Both the position numbers and the translations under genes were made by a program. A stretch of 64,000 nt of DNA from the NCBI RefSeq assembly GCF_006345805.1, contig NC_042997.1, forward strand, positions 65,348,001-65,412,000, in the 5' to 3' direction. The DNA comes from Octopus sinensis (lineage: Eukaryota). Position 1 is the first letter of the stretch, and the number at the start of each line of letters is the position of its first letter. The notes beneath the pieces were generated by a model. That model was not told the origin of the DNA. It saw only the letters and a list, made by a program, of their open reading frames with translations, and made no database searches. Below are positions 27,200 through 39,200 of the stretch, in pieces.

Positions 27200-27830
27200 G
27201 AATACATTAGATAAGCTCTCCTCCCATGGCACAGTCAGCTCCTCAAGGAGCACACGTGTCTGACCCTCATCTACAAAAACCAGGTCGGGCCGGAGTGCTG
27301 ACACCACGATGCTTTCAGGCAATGGCTTCTCCACGAACGCCTCCCATTTTCTGTCTTCGTCCTGCCGAGGTTTCTGTCTCTTTGGTATCACACCTTGCTT
27401 CACAAATGCTGTCTTGCGCAAGCACAGTTCAGGCACTCGACCCTCTCTTGTAGCTGAAGCAACAACGTCTAGCTCTAAATTATGTCTAAATGTATACCAT
27501 CCAGACTTGAGTGCTTTTGGGCAATATTACAGCATGTGTTTGAGGCCGCCATGCTTCCGGCACAAGTGGCATTGTGGACTCTTTTGGATAGCCCATTTTT
27601 TGAGGTTTGCTGGAGACGGATGCACATCATACGCAGTCTGGATCAGAGCTTTCAAATGCCTTGCACTCAACCGCCAGCAATCAGGCCACTTCAACTGCAG
27701 CTTTTCGACATCATCCCAATTCAGCCACCGACCCTGCTGTGCTTGTTGCACTGCGTGACCCAGACGCCTCTCATCTTCCAGCTGCTTTACTTGTAGTTCA
27801 CATAGCTTCCGCTGTTCTTGTATATTTTAG
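27200..27830 (-). mobile_element. HERO/R2-superfamily non-LTR fragment (zinc knuckle plus RLE endonuclease), frameshifted
   Basis: QQGRWLNW...AYDVHPSPANLKKW...PQCHLC...LKHML and LRPDLVFVDEGQTRVLLEELTVPWEE (PD..E-type RLE motif). Confidence 0.85.
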
Positions 27831-29058
27831 AGTTTGCAGATAAATTTTAAGCAATTGACTTAATGGGCTTAACATTTCATTTTTTGACAAAACCTTGCTT
27901 GCTTGAAAATTTAATCCTCCTTTATTTTTAGGTAAATCATGAATTGATTCGACAACGGAATCGTTCTGCTATTGTTGTATTGGCGAGCGCCGGCCACACT
28001 GTCAGTAAAATTGTTAAGTTGGCGAAACTTCCGAAATCAACAGTTTATCGTGTGTATAAAAAATTTAAAAGAAGATGGAAAGATTGAGAGAAAAGAAAAT
28101 AAGACTCGAAGTGATTCAAAACTCAATCCAAAGTTTCTAGCTGGCCTCAAACGCTCGATTGAAGCCAACCCATCTTCATGCATGGCAACTCTTGCAAAGA
28201 AATGCAATGTGTCCCTTTCCACGGCATCGAGAGATGTGAACAGGTACCTAGGCATGACTAACTATGTTGGACGTCACCATCACTTCCTAACAGCCAAAGT
28301 CAAAACAATCAGAGCCGAGAGATGCCCATAGCTTCTGTCATTCATCAAACATCAAGGTGCAAGAAAAACTCCTGTGTTTGTGGATGAGAAGTTCACTGTG
28401 GACGCTGAGGTGAATCGCAGAAATCCCCGAGCGATTGCACACAACCATTCTGACGTCTCCACTGCGTTTGAGGCTAAGAATCCGGTCTCTGGGATGATAT
28501 TTGGAGCTGTGGCGAGTGATGGAAGTGTCATTGAGTTTGGTTTAAAGATTATCACAAAGGAATATCTGGACATCCTGAAGAACTCTCTGCTATTTTGGAT
28601 GGAGTGGAAATTTGGGCTTGACAATGTAGTGCTTATCCAGGATTCTGCACCATGCCATGGGACGAAAACAACACAGGTCTTCCTTAGTGAGCAGGTTCCA
28701 TTTTTTTTTTGTGAGAGCCAACATCTGACCCAGGTGTCAACCTTCTCGATTACTTTTTACGGGGCGTTCTTCAAGCAGGGACCAATAACTCACCACACTC
28801 GAGTGTCAGCCGATTTAACACCTGCATCGTGCGTGCGACACGCAAATGCCAAAAGGTGGAGGGAACGGCAGCTGCAAAGAATTTCGTTCTTGTGTGGAGG
28901 CAGTACTTTTCCAGCGGAGAGGCCATATTTAGTGATAAATATTTTTGCTGTTATAAATGTTACGTTAAAATTATATTTGTCTACTACCATTATTTTAGTA
29001 TTTATAACCAGTTTTATGCATCGTAAAACTTGTCGCAATTTATCTGCAAGAACCTGTG
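27829..29058 (+). mobile_element. maT/DD37D-type Tc1/mariner transposon, decayed
   Basis: Transposase pieces RSD...IEANP..CMATLAKKCNVS / FVDEKFTVDAEVNRRN / GAVASDG / IQDSAPCH; terminal TTGCAGATAAATT inverted at both ends. Confidence 0.85.
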
Positions 29059-29081
29059 TAAATACAAACACTCACAGACAT

Positions 29082-29175
<94 letters not shown>

Positions 29176-30530
29176 CGATGCCAAAGAATTTACGGTTCTA
29201 GCAACAATCGATTTACAAATATTATGAATAGATATCATGTCGCATAACACATGATGCACCATTAGTCTAAAAACAATGAACTTACTCCGGCTAATCAGAA
29301 TATAGTCCAAGAGCAGACATGAATTGTAGATACATAACACATGGAATATATATTTTTTTATCAAAATTTTGCTTTGATATGTAGCGCGTTATGAGTCGTG
29401 ATGTAATTGTCTAAGCAATGACCCCAATGAAACACATTGCATCGTGAACTAATGTCTTCACTTAAAAACAAACAAACTCACTGCATAGTCATTACTATTT
29501 CATGTTTCGTATGCACTAGAATACTAATCTTATACCTATAAGAAAACAGCACAAGGCATCCAATGACTGGATTTTCATACACTAAAGAGGTAATACTAAT
29601 ATTTCATAAGCATGCTTTTAAAAAGGAACAAAGTACTACTGTTCCCTGAAACGTTTATACCAACCACTACTCTAATTGTAAATATAAAGAGTGAACTGAT
29701 TTTGATATGTCGACATATTCTCAGAGGCTGCCTGGGATATAAACTTATTTCATAGGTGGGGACCCAGGACAATCTGCTCAGCTGAAACAGGCCAAACTCA
29801 CTTTTCTTTTTTACTTTCCAGCTGGTTAACATGGTTCAAGTACTGACTGAGCGGAGAAATTACTTTGATTTCTATATTCTATTTATATGTTAAATATATT
29901 GATATAACTGTAAAACTAATTTCCAATATGAAGTTGCGCTCAACAATTCAATAATTTCCTACCAGAAAATTACAAAATAACAAAATTTATGTCATACACA
30001 TATGTTTGTAAGTATGTATGTACACACATACACACACACACAGTCGCAAGAAACCCTAATGGCCGGTGGCCTTTAGCTTCTTTTCAAAATGGGGAGAGAA
30101 ATTACCTCATAGCTTGTTGAACACAGATAAAAGAAGCGTTAAGCGCAAGTGATGGTCTCCCTTAGATCGCTATCCGGAATCCACCCGGTCAGCTTGCGGG
30201 TTCCAAGATTTCAGCAGGAATCTCCTGAAGTGTGAGCAGGATCCGGAGACTTCCATCCTAGGTCGAGGGATTACTTTAATATCCTCGTCCGTTCAGCTAT
30301 GCACTGCTTCCAACGTTTGCTCCCATTGATAGAGGGACCCGCTTTTTCTAATACTTTCAATGAAATTACTAGTGGAGTCTCTTCATCCTTCAGGCGCTAC
30401 ACGTAGCTGGTCAAGGACGTGGCATATCGTCACTTCGGGATTCTAAGCGAGATTCTGTGATTGGAGAAGCACTGCTTGGATGTGTTTCCGGAACATACGG
30501 TCTATCTTCGAATATGGCTGTTGGCGATGA

Positions 30531-30583
<53 letters not shown>

Positions 30584-30587
<4 letters not shown>

Positions 30588-30890
30588 CGTTATAAAAATA
30601 GGGTTCAGTAAAATAATTTACTTTACCACACACCGAACTTTTTAGAAATAGCAGCCCAAAATCTTAGCTATTTCTTCTACTGTAAGAAGAAATAGCTTAC
30701 AGTAGAAGAAATAGCTAAGATTTTTGGCTGCTATTTCTAAAAAGTTCGGTGTGTGGTAAAGTAAATTATTTTACTGAACCCTATTTTTATTACGTAATGT
30801 TTCAAATATACCGTAAATGGTCTTTTTACATACTGAACACTACTTGGTAAAATTAATTAATAATTAATTAGTTTTACCCTTTTATTATTG

Positions 30891-30893
<3 letters not shown>
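30584..30893 (+). mobile_element. Short copy of the 34.3-kb repeat family with a ~103-bp fold-back hairpin
   Basis: Arms 30584-30686 and 30696-30798 are near-perfect reverse complements; 30696-30893 is homologous to the reverse complement of 34310-34500. Confidence 0.85.
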
Positions 30894-30932
<39 letters not shown>

Positions 30933-31248
30933 TGGGTGTGTTGCTTTGTGAGTGTGTGTTTGTGTGTGTATGTGTGTTTACATGCATGCGTCTCTGTGTG
31001 TCTGTGTCTGTCCGCCACCACCACTACTTGGTAACTGTTGTCTGTGTGTTTACATGCCTGCAACGTAGCAGTTTGGTAAAAATACATTATAAGTACCAGC
31101 CAAAAAGAAAATAAGCACTAAGGTTAATTCATTTGACTAAACAGTTTTCAAGGCGTTGTCTTTCACGACAAGAGAATATATCATATATATATATATATAT
31201 GTGTTTGTGTGCGTATGTGTTTGTGTGTGTGTATGTGTGTCTGTCTGT

Positions 31249-31306
<58 letters not shown>

Positions 31307-31459
31307 TGTGTGTGTGTTGATTGGTGTGTTGAAGTGTTGATTTGAGCAACTTTATGCTATCCGCACTCGGGGTATATTTCCGTTGCATCTACTTCAGGAA
31401 CTTTGCAGTGTTAGCTGAGATAATGAGAATTGATTAAGTAACCAGAAGCTAGATGTTAT

Positions 31460-31753
31460 ATTAATCTTTATTTTGTACAACGATAGTTTCGACCCATTCT
31501 GGTAATGTCCTGTATGTGTGGGACTCCATTCAACATGTTGTGCCGCATCCATTTTGCATTGCGATATTTGTTGCAATGCTTCATTCTCTAACTAGACGGG
31601 CATATAACTCAGGATCTTTAGCTAGATGTATGGATGTACCTGATGAGATGCAGACTGTAAAATGGATGCAACACAACATGCTGAATGGAAGCTCACCCAT
31701 AGGGATAGTAGCAGGATGGGTTGAAACACCCGTTGTACAAAATAAGGATTAAT
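31460..31753. repeat. Diverged inverted repeat with decayed hammerhead-like motifs
   Basis: AAATGGATGC..CACAACATG.TGAATGGA...GGGT.GAAAC...CGTTGTACAAAATAA.GATTAA on both strands. Confidence 0.6.
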
Positions 31754-31801
31754 AACAAAACTATCTTCTGATTAGTTAATCAGTTATCATTATATATATA
31801 T

Positions 31802-31838
<37 letters not shown>

Positions 31839-31916
31839 TGTTATACCATGAAGAGGTTGGCCACATCACCAGCGATACTAACACCTAAAAGGCCACACCA
31901 CCAGCGATACTAACAC

Positions 31917-33224
31917 CTAAAAGGCCACACATTTAAATTTAATAATAAAATATATGCCCAGGACGAGGGGGCAGCCATCGGTGTTAGTATCGCTGGTGAT
32001 GTGGCCAACCTCTTCATGGTATGGTGGGACAGAAGGCTTAAAGAATGCCTACTGCAGAAATCCATACTCGTAAACATGTACTCTCGCTATGTTGATGATA
32101 TCAATATAGTAGTAAAGGCACCCTCACAAGAGAGTAATGTTGATATAGTAATAGAAACTAATACTATGGAGAGCATCCAGCAAATAGCTAACTCCATCTA
32201 CCAGAGCATTAAGGTCACAATAGACTACCCCACTAAACACCCCAACCATAGACTACCAGTACTAGACACTGAACTCTGGCTAGAAATTGTGAAAAATAAA
32301 ACCCAAATCCTTCATTCATACTATGCAAAACCTATGGCCTCAAAATACCTGATCCAACGGAACTCAGCCATTGCGGGCAATGCCAAATTCAATATTTTGA
32401 TGGCAGACCTCGTCAGAATAATGAGAAATGTGTCACGCATGTGCGAGCCTACAGAATTAAAGAGACACATACAGTATTTCATTCACCGCATGCAGTTCTC
32501 AGGTTACAGCCATAAAGAAAGGATCAGAGTATACAAAGGAGCCATGAAGAAATTTGATAATATATTATGTAATGATAGGAATGGGATTTGCCCACTCTAT
32601 AGGAACAAGTCATGGAACACTATAGAAAGGACAAAAAAGAAAATAGGGAAGGCCAACTCTTGGTATGATAGCCATAAATACCAGAGTGTCATGTTCGTTG
32701 ACACCACCCCTGGAGGTGAACTGGCGTACCGCTTTAGAAGGACCCTAGATAAACTTAAACTAAGAATTAAGGTTGTTGAAAAGCCAGGCAACCCTATCAG
32801 ATCTATAATTGGTAGAACCTATCCTTTTAGTAGAACTCTCTGTACGGATAACTATTGCACTGTATGTAGATTTAGCCCACAAACAAACTGTAAAGCCAGA
32901 AATGTGGTCTATAGTATAAGATGTATAGAGGGACGATGCAGTAACAAGACAGTAACATACGTAGGGGAAACAGCAAGAAGCATTGGAGAGCGGGTGAATG
33001 AACATTGGAGACAACTCAAGGAAGGTAAAAGCTCATCGATTCTGTACCAACACGCCGAACAAGAACACGGGGGATCAATCAATAACATAGAGATTAAGAT
33101 ATTGTCCACACATAGAACAGATGCAACAATTAGACAAATTACAGAAGCTACACATATAATAGAAAATAAACCTAGCCTGAATAGAAAACTAGAATGGAGC
33201 AATAGCACACACCACAACATATGA
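31917..33224 (+). CDS. PLE reverse transcriptase (motif B' onward, thumb) fused to GIY-YIG endonuclease; N-terminally truncated
   Basis: Open frame KIYAQDEGAAIGVSIAGDVANLFM...YSRYVDDI...LPVLDT...C..C...NVVYSIRC...YVGETARSIGERVNEH...RQITEATHI...PSLNRK.E with no stops. Confidence 0.92.
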   Translation, partial: LKGHTFKFNNKIYAQDEGAAIGVSIAGDVANLFMVWWDRRLKECLLQKSILVNMYSRYVDDINIVVKAPSQESNVDIVIETNTMESIQQIANSIYQSIKVTIDYPTKHPNHRLPVLDTELWLEIVKNKTQILHSYYAKPMASKYLIQRNSAIAGNAKFNILMADLVRIMRNVSRMCEPTELKRHIQYFIHRMQFSGYSHKERIRVYKGAMKKFDNILCNDRNGICPLYRNKSWNTIERTKKKIGKANSWYDSHKYQSVMFVDTTPGGELAYRFRRTLDKLKLRIKVVEKPGNPIRSIIGRTYPFSRTLCTDNYCTVCRFSPQTNCKARNVVYSIRCIEGRCSNKTVTYVGETARSIGERVNEHWRQLKEGKSSSILYQHAEQEHGGSINNIEIKILSTHRTDATIRQITEATHIIENKPSLNRKLEWSNSTHHNI

Positions 33225-33695
33225 CGATAGTGGATCCTGCAAACATAATAAATACACAGATAATTAAAGAAATAGAAATGAATAACTATATATATGTATG
33301 TGTGTATATATATATATATGTTAATGTGTATATATGTGTGTATATATGTATATATATGTATATATATATTTTTTTTTTTTTCGATTAGATTTATTATTAT
33401 TATTACTAATATTGTTGTTATACATACAAGCATATGTAATGATAATAATGGGTGGATGTAAACACATGAACAAAATTCGAACAAAAGCAACAACAACAAA
33501 AACAAAATACAAATTACAAGAATGTATATAAACAGAAGATAGAAATATTTCAGGCATCCCCCCCACACACACACTAAATAAACATAGACGCACATAGAGA
33601 TATAAGCATGCGCAAATGAAGACATACAATAGAAATACAAAATGGCTGACGGTTAGTAAGGAGAAACACAAGTAAGTGAGAAAAAAACAAAGGAA

Positions 33696-33733
33696 CAGTG
33701 ATGCGGTCACAGGAGTGTGACGAAAGAACTTTG
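33696..33733 (+). ncRNA. Decayed hammerhead-like motif in the PLE 3' region
   Basis: CA-GTGATGC-G-GTCACA-GGAG-TGTGAC-GAAA-GAACTTTG: perfect stem II followed by GAAA; core CUGAUGA altered at two positions. Confidence 0.45.
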
Positions 33734-33911
33734 GCCGAAATAAGATTAAGATTAATGTAAAAAATAAATATCACTGAAGCAAAATAACACCAAATATATA
33801 GTGCGTGTGTTTTTATTGGCTAAACTGGCAATATGACCATTCCGAAATATAACAATATCTGTTTCAACACACGACTTCACATAAAAAATCTTGCACAACA
33901 AATATTTAAAC

Positions 33912-33974
<63 letters not shown>

Positions 33975-34276
33975 CACATAAAGTGTGTGTGTGTGTAAAA
34001 GTAAGTTACAAGGATTAAGATGTAAAAGTTAGTGAGCTTCAAGCGATCCGTAGAAGATATAAAAAACAACTTTCAGGAACTATAATGCCCAACTTGTTAA
34101 CACGGAATCTCCGAACGACAATGTAAACTTCAGCTTGTGGTCTACCCCTCGTTTGGAAAATTTACTACTTTCCAGGTTCCGCTATCTATGAAACATATGT
34201 AGCCTGGGTTTTATCTACTCCATTCTATCTCACTCTCTCTTTCTCTCTCTTTCTCTCTCTCTCTCTCTCTTCCTCT

Positions 34277-34314
<38 letters not shown>

Positions 34315-34594
34315 CAACAATTGAGGGTAAAATTAATTAATTAATCAATTTCACCAAGTATTCAGTATGCAAAGGGACCATTTAAGGCGAATTCAAATTA
34401 TTACATTATATAAAAGGGCTTAGTAAAATAAATTACTTTGCCGCATACTGAACTCATTAGAAATAGCAGCTAAAAAAACATTTATAAAACTATTTCTAAT
34501 ACTTAAAGAAAACCTCTCTCATATAGTGTTTGCTCAATTCAACTCACGAAAGTATGGGGGTAGAGACATTAAAAAATCAAATGCAAAGGTTATT

Positions 34595-34647
34595 TGAGAA
34601 CGTACGTTTCAAGATTAGTCACAATCGACATTTCTATCATCAGCTCA
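34595..34647 (-). ncRNA. Minimal type-I hammerhead ribozyme motif, copy 1
   Basis: Minus strand: UGAG-CUGAUGA-UAGAAAUGUCGAUUGUGACUAAUCUU-GAAA-CGUACG-UU-CUCA; stem I UGAG/CUCA, intact core, palindromic stem III ACGUACGU, GUU triplet. Confidence 0.7.
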
Positions 34648-35151
34648 GAACTCCCTGGTTTGGATTTGAAAACACTGAAAGTGGGAGCATACCCTTTCGG
34701 CTTCTTATCGCTTCTGAAGATCCGCTCGAAACTAACAGTGCCAGCAAACTCAAATATGCAAGCGAAGAATTTCTGCTCTCCCCTTTCCACCAGCGTGGGT
34801 TAAAATCAGCAAACACTATGCTTTTTTCGGTAAAATCCGAGGCATTTAAATAGAGAGAGATGAATTATAATTTCAACAATTGAGGGTAAAATTAATTAAT
34901 TAATCAATTTCACCAAGTATTCAGTATGCAAAGGGACCATTTAGGCGAATTCAAATTATTACATTATATAAAAGGGCTTAGTAAAATAAATTACTTTGCC
35001 GCATACTGAACTCATTAGAAATAGCAGCTAAAAAAACATTTATAAAACTATTCTAATACTTAAAGAAAACCTCTCTCATATAGTGTTTGCTCAATTCAAC
35101 TCACGAAAGTATGGGGGTAGAGACATTAAAAAATCAAATGCAAAGGTTATT

Positions 35152-35204
35152 TGAGAACGTACGTTTCAAGATTAGTCACAATCGACATTTCTATCATCAG
35201 CTCA
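35152..35204 (-). ncRNA. Minimal type-I hammerhead ribozyme motif, copy 2
   Basis: Identical to 34595-34647, 557 bp away. Confidence 0.7.
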
Positions 35205-35450
35205 GAACTCCCTGGTTTGGATTTGAAAACACTGAAAGTGGGAGCATACCCTTTCGGCTTCTTATCGCTTCTCATCGAAAGTGGGAGCATACCCTTTCGC
35301 TTCTTATCACTATATGAGAGAGGTTTTCTTTAAGTATTAGAAATAGTTTTATAAATGTTTTTTTAGCTGCTATTTCTAATGAGTTCAGTATGCGGCAAAG
35401 TAATTTATTTTACTAAGCCCTTTTATATAATATATATATATATATATATA

Positions 35451-35718
35451 ATCACGTGATCACTTGATCGACAAGTCTAGCAGATGTTGTAACGCATCGC
35501 TGCTCACAATGCGCTTTTCATTGTATTAGCGTTCAAATGACGCTACCACCCTGGCTAGGTGAACATGCAACCATTCCCCTGATCGAAAGGATGACTGGGG
35601 CGATGTGAAATGAAATGTTTTGCTCCAGAACACAACTCGCTGCACAGTTAGTGAATCGAACTCACGATCTAGCGATCTTGAGTGCAAGAGTCTAACCACT
35701 GCGGTACGCGCTTTCACC
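35451..35718 (-). mobile_element. SINE with family C-like tail and tRNA head, diverged
   Basis: ATCACGTGATCAC...CAGATGTTG..ACGCATCGCTG.TCACAATG tail; reverse complement head GTGGTTAGA...GAGTTCGATTC. Confidence 0.7.
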
Positions 35719-35732
35719 ATATATATAATATA

Positions 35733-36831
35733 TTGTTTGGCATCCTTTCTGTCTCAGGAGACAATGGAGTTGCGCATTTTTTTTTTTTTTTTTTCTTTTC
35801 TAGGTCTAGTCCGGCTGTTATATTTTATTTCCTGTTACATTTCTTGCTGTGGCTGTGTAGTCCTATCCTGGACAAACACTCCCTCTGGCAGGTACTGCAA
35901 ATGTAGCGAAGACTGTTCCTGGCTGGTTGTAGTGCCATGGTCTCTTGTTTATGTCTCTTCCTTTCTTTCCATTTCTCCTCTCTCTTTCTGTCACTCCTCT
36001 GTATACCCTCTTTTACTGTACGTCGCCATTCTCCACGGTTGCCGGCGACTGCCTCCCAACCGCTAATGTTAATGTTGCAGGCCTTCATATCCCTTTTGCA
36101 AACATCCTTGTAACGTAAGATCGGTCTACCCACAGACCTAGTACCCCTAGCAAGCTCTCCGTAGAGTACGTCCTTGGGGATTCTGCCATCTTTCATACGG
36201 CTAACATGCCCAAGCCATCCCATACGTCTTTGTGTGAGGAGTGCAAACATGCTTGGTATTCCTGCTTGCCTGAGGACATCTTTGTTGGGGATATGATTCT
36301 GCCATTTGATGTGGAGGATTTTTCGGAGGCAGCGCAGGTGAAAGATGTTTAGGCGACGCTCTTGGCGTGTGTATAGCGTCCAGGTCTCGCTTCCATACAG
36401 TAGAGTGCTGAGTACACATGCCTGGTAGATCTTCATTTTTGTGGTCTTGGTCAGCTTATTGTTGTCCCAAGCCCGTTTGGAGAGTTGGGCCATCGCAGCA
36501 GCTGCCTTGCCAATGCGTATATTGAGCTCAGCGTCAAGGGATAGGTTGTAGGTGACGGTAGAGCCCAGATAGGTAAACTTCTCCACCTCTTGTAATCTGT
36601 GGTCTCCAATATGTATGTTTGGGATGTCCGATGTAGCCTGGCCCATGATGTTGGTCTTCTTAAGGCTGATAGCTAAGCCAAAGTCGTTACATGCTTGCTC
36701 AAAACAGTTAATGAGCCTTTGGAGGGCTTCTTCTGTGTGTGTTACCAGAGCGGCATCATCAGCAAATAACATCTCCTTGATCAGGACGTTTCTGATTTTG
36801 GTCTTGGCACGCAGGCACGAGAGATTGAACA
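35733..36831 (-). mobile_element. 5'-truncated RTE-clade LINE (RT C-terminal half, open frame 35825-36831)
   Basis: LFNLSCLRAKTK...MLFADDAAL...FTYLGS...LLYGSETW...RWLGH-like GWLGHV...CSTCQRECLSRIGLHSH; 3' end CCATTGTCTCCTGAGACAGAAAGGATGCC; flanked by (TA)n. Confidence 0.92.
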
Positions 36832-37879
36832 ATATATATATATATATACGTGTCTGTGTATGTCTGTGTGTAACATACATTTTCAGAGATATAAACGAAC
36901 ACAACTACGGATACACATTAAATACAGAGTTGGCCACATTTACAGAAACAACATGTATATGTGCTTATGTGCGTGTTCCTGTGAACACATACACACTTTA
37001 TGCAATGTTTTCAAAGTCATGTGATACAAATATACCGCTTCTCTATTGATTTGTTTGTATCATGGTGAAATGAAAATTATGCAAGAGTTCACCTCGACAC
37101 AAACATTTATTAAATTATCACTACTTATTTTCTTTCTATCTACACACGATCCTTTTGAAAAGTAATTTCATCCATTAATTATGATACCCCTCTTTGACAA
37201 CTACCCATTTTTCCAAAACGCAAAATATTTGTATACATAATGTTCTTATTAGTTGAAGCAAATTCTATTTACAAATTGACTTTAATAACCTGACCGCTTT
37301 ATTTCTTAATCGATACGAGTATCTAATTATATAACGATAGCTTACATTTGAATAACACTGATTCAAACTGATTCATTATATAACAGAAACAATTAACAGT
37401 TTGTCAGTTATTGATTACGAATGTTGATACTCTATTAAGGATAATGATAAGGTTCTAACCATATGAAGACATAGCTGATCATAATAGACGTATATTAAAC
37501 TAGCTGCATTTCAGATGCACTTAATATAAAATGTTTACATGATTAATTAGCAAAACGTTCTTAAATCTGTCATAGAATAAATGGCTAATTTTAATGACGA
37601 CATTTTAAAATAAATTTCTCTTCAACATGAAAGTATTTTCAAAATAAAATGGAAATGTTAGCGACAACAATTTAACACTTGATCAAGAAATGCACCAAAG
37701 GTTCTTTCTTTCTTGTTTTACATGCGCAAACATTAGTTTAAAAAATGGGGGCAATTATTTATATGCATATATACACATGCATATACGTAAATATGTATGT
37801 ATTAATGTGCATATGTGTGTGTGGGGGTGTTTGCATGTGTGTGTGTGTTTGTATCTATATATGTATGTATACTTACATA

Positions 37880-38700
37880 CACATGGAGTTCGGTGTAAAT
37901 TCCTCAGTTTGCATAAAAGGAAAAGAAAAGTCTATCTAATCCCAAAATAAAATTATTTAAAAAAATCAAAACTATCAACTAGACAGGAGATAACAGTTTA
38001 CGCAATTTCAGTTTCAACAACAGCCTCAAGACGGTTCCGGAACCTGGCGCATGTGATCTTCATTTTATCCCTTGGAAGGTGATTGAACAAAATCTGATCT
38101 TGGACATCGGTCCGGCCTTCATGTTGCAGACATAGCAATGCTTCTCTGGACTGCGCCTAAAATTATAGTAATCCAATGGAATATATTAGCAAGATAGAAA
38201 TCGGTATAGTAGAAATTTTCCGACAACTACGTCTGATTAATGTCGGGGGTATTAATCCTGAGTCGAATCCTGCTGAAAAACATTTGGCCTTCCAGTAGCA
38301 ACCCGTTCCAGTCAGATTTGGACCATAGTCATCAGCAGCTCCACATTGGACCCTGAATTATGCCGAAGTCTTTGCAGTGCAGCTGTTGGATGAACACCGG
38401 CGTGAGAACGCAGTCACAACGATTGCTGTTTTCCTTCATGCTCTTCACTTCTTCATAGTCACAATTGCAGCTGTCCACGTCACCTGATACAGCCATTACA
38501 GTATTCACAGAGATCAGAGAAGTCATGATGTCAGCACTTTCACACTCGGTGCGAATCATCATGATAGAGGTAAATCTTTTCCAATACTCTGATAGCTTTC
38601 ACTCCCACATGTCAGATAACCTTTTCCCAAATATAATTTTAATCTTCATGTTCTACAATGCTATTAACTTTTTACCAACACTTCAGGCTGTTCTTGAAAA
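37880..38700 (-). mobile_element. Internally deleted maT/Tc1-type transposon relic
   Basis: C-terminal PLDY...CARFRNRLEAVVE (37990-38180) and N-terminal-like RCDCVLTPVFIQQL; SINE-like fragment between them. Confidence 0.6.
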
Positions 38701-38712
38701 CAGAAAGTATAT

Positions 38713-39200
38713 ATTGGATGTGGAATAATTCATGAGCGTTTTTTTTTTTTTCAAATTTAAAAATATACGCAGAAATACAACGCATTGGCAAAGCGTTTTA
38801 TGTTATTTGAAAAATAATTTTTGCTCTAGTATGTTTTGATATTTTAATTTTATTGATTTTTGTGCATTTTCAGATCATTAAAATGAAATGTCAAGTGGTC
38901 AAAACAGAGCATTTTCGACACCATTTGCTTTTTGCATTTAATCGATGTGTTAAGCTGCTCGTGAGATGTGTGCTGTGTATGGAGAAGGACCAATGCTTCA
39001 AAGGACATCCCGCTGTTGATTTTTGCGCTTCAAAAAATGGGAATTCTGACCTCAAGGACGAATGATATACCGGTCGACCAACTGTTTTCGATGAAGACCG
39101 ATTGAATCAACTTTTCCACAAAAATCCACGTCAAATGACAAGAGAATTGGCGGAGCAGATGGGGTGTGATAAAAAAAACTGGGCACTCAACGGGCAAGTT
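38713..39200 (+). mobile_element. Mariner 5' fragment (HTH region)
   Basis: MKCQVVKTEHFRHHLLFAFNR...AREMCAVYGEG...RLNQLFHKNPRQMTRELAEQMGC. Confidence 0.8.

Larger units (their letters stand above)
31841..33740 (+). mobile_element. Penelope-like element, 5'-truncated with a short 5' inversion
   Basis: 31841-31885 is the reverse complement of about 31980-32023; RT plus GIY-YIG ORF follows; hammerhead-like relic at 33696. Confidence 0.9.
34307..35431 (-). mobile_element. Non-coding ~557-559-bp partial tandem repeat with 5' inversion (candidate retrozyme or PLE pseudo-LTR)
   Basis: Copy 1 34307-34865, copy 2 34866-35272, 32-bp micro-duplication, inverted arm 35308-35431 (pairs with 34963-35085); flanked by (TA)n. 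Confidence 0.85.

Noticed and set aside
30040-30530. GC-richer block, possible LINE ORF1 relic
   Set aside because: Too many stops and no diagnostic motif to support a call
31870-31930. CRISPR-like 30-bp repeat
   Set aside because: Only two directly adjacent copies with no spacer; part of a PLE 5' junction in eukaryotic DNA
34713-34736. Plus-strand CTGAAGA-TCCGCTC-GAAA hammerhead
   Set aside because: No stem II or stem III pairing and no UH triplet with a closing stem I
34530-34853. 107-aa ORF in the tandem unit
   Set aside because: TTG start, no recognisable motif, antisense to the hammerhead strand
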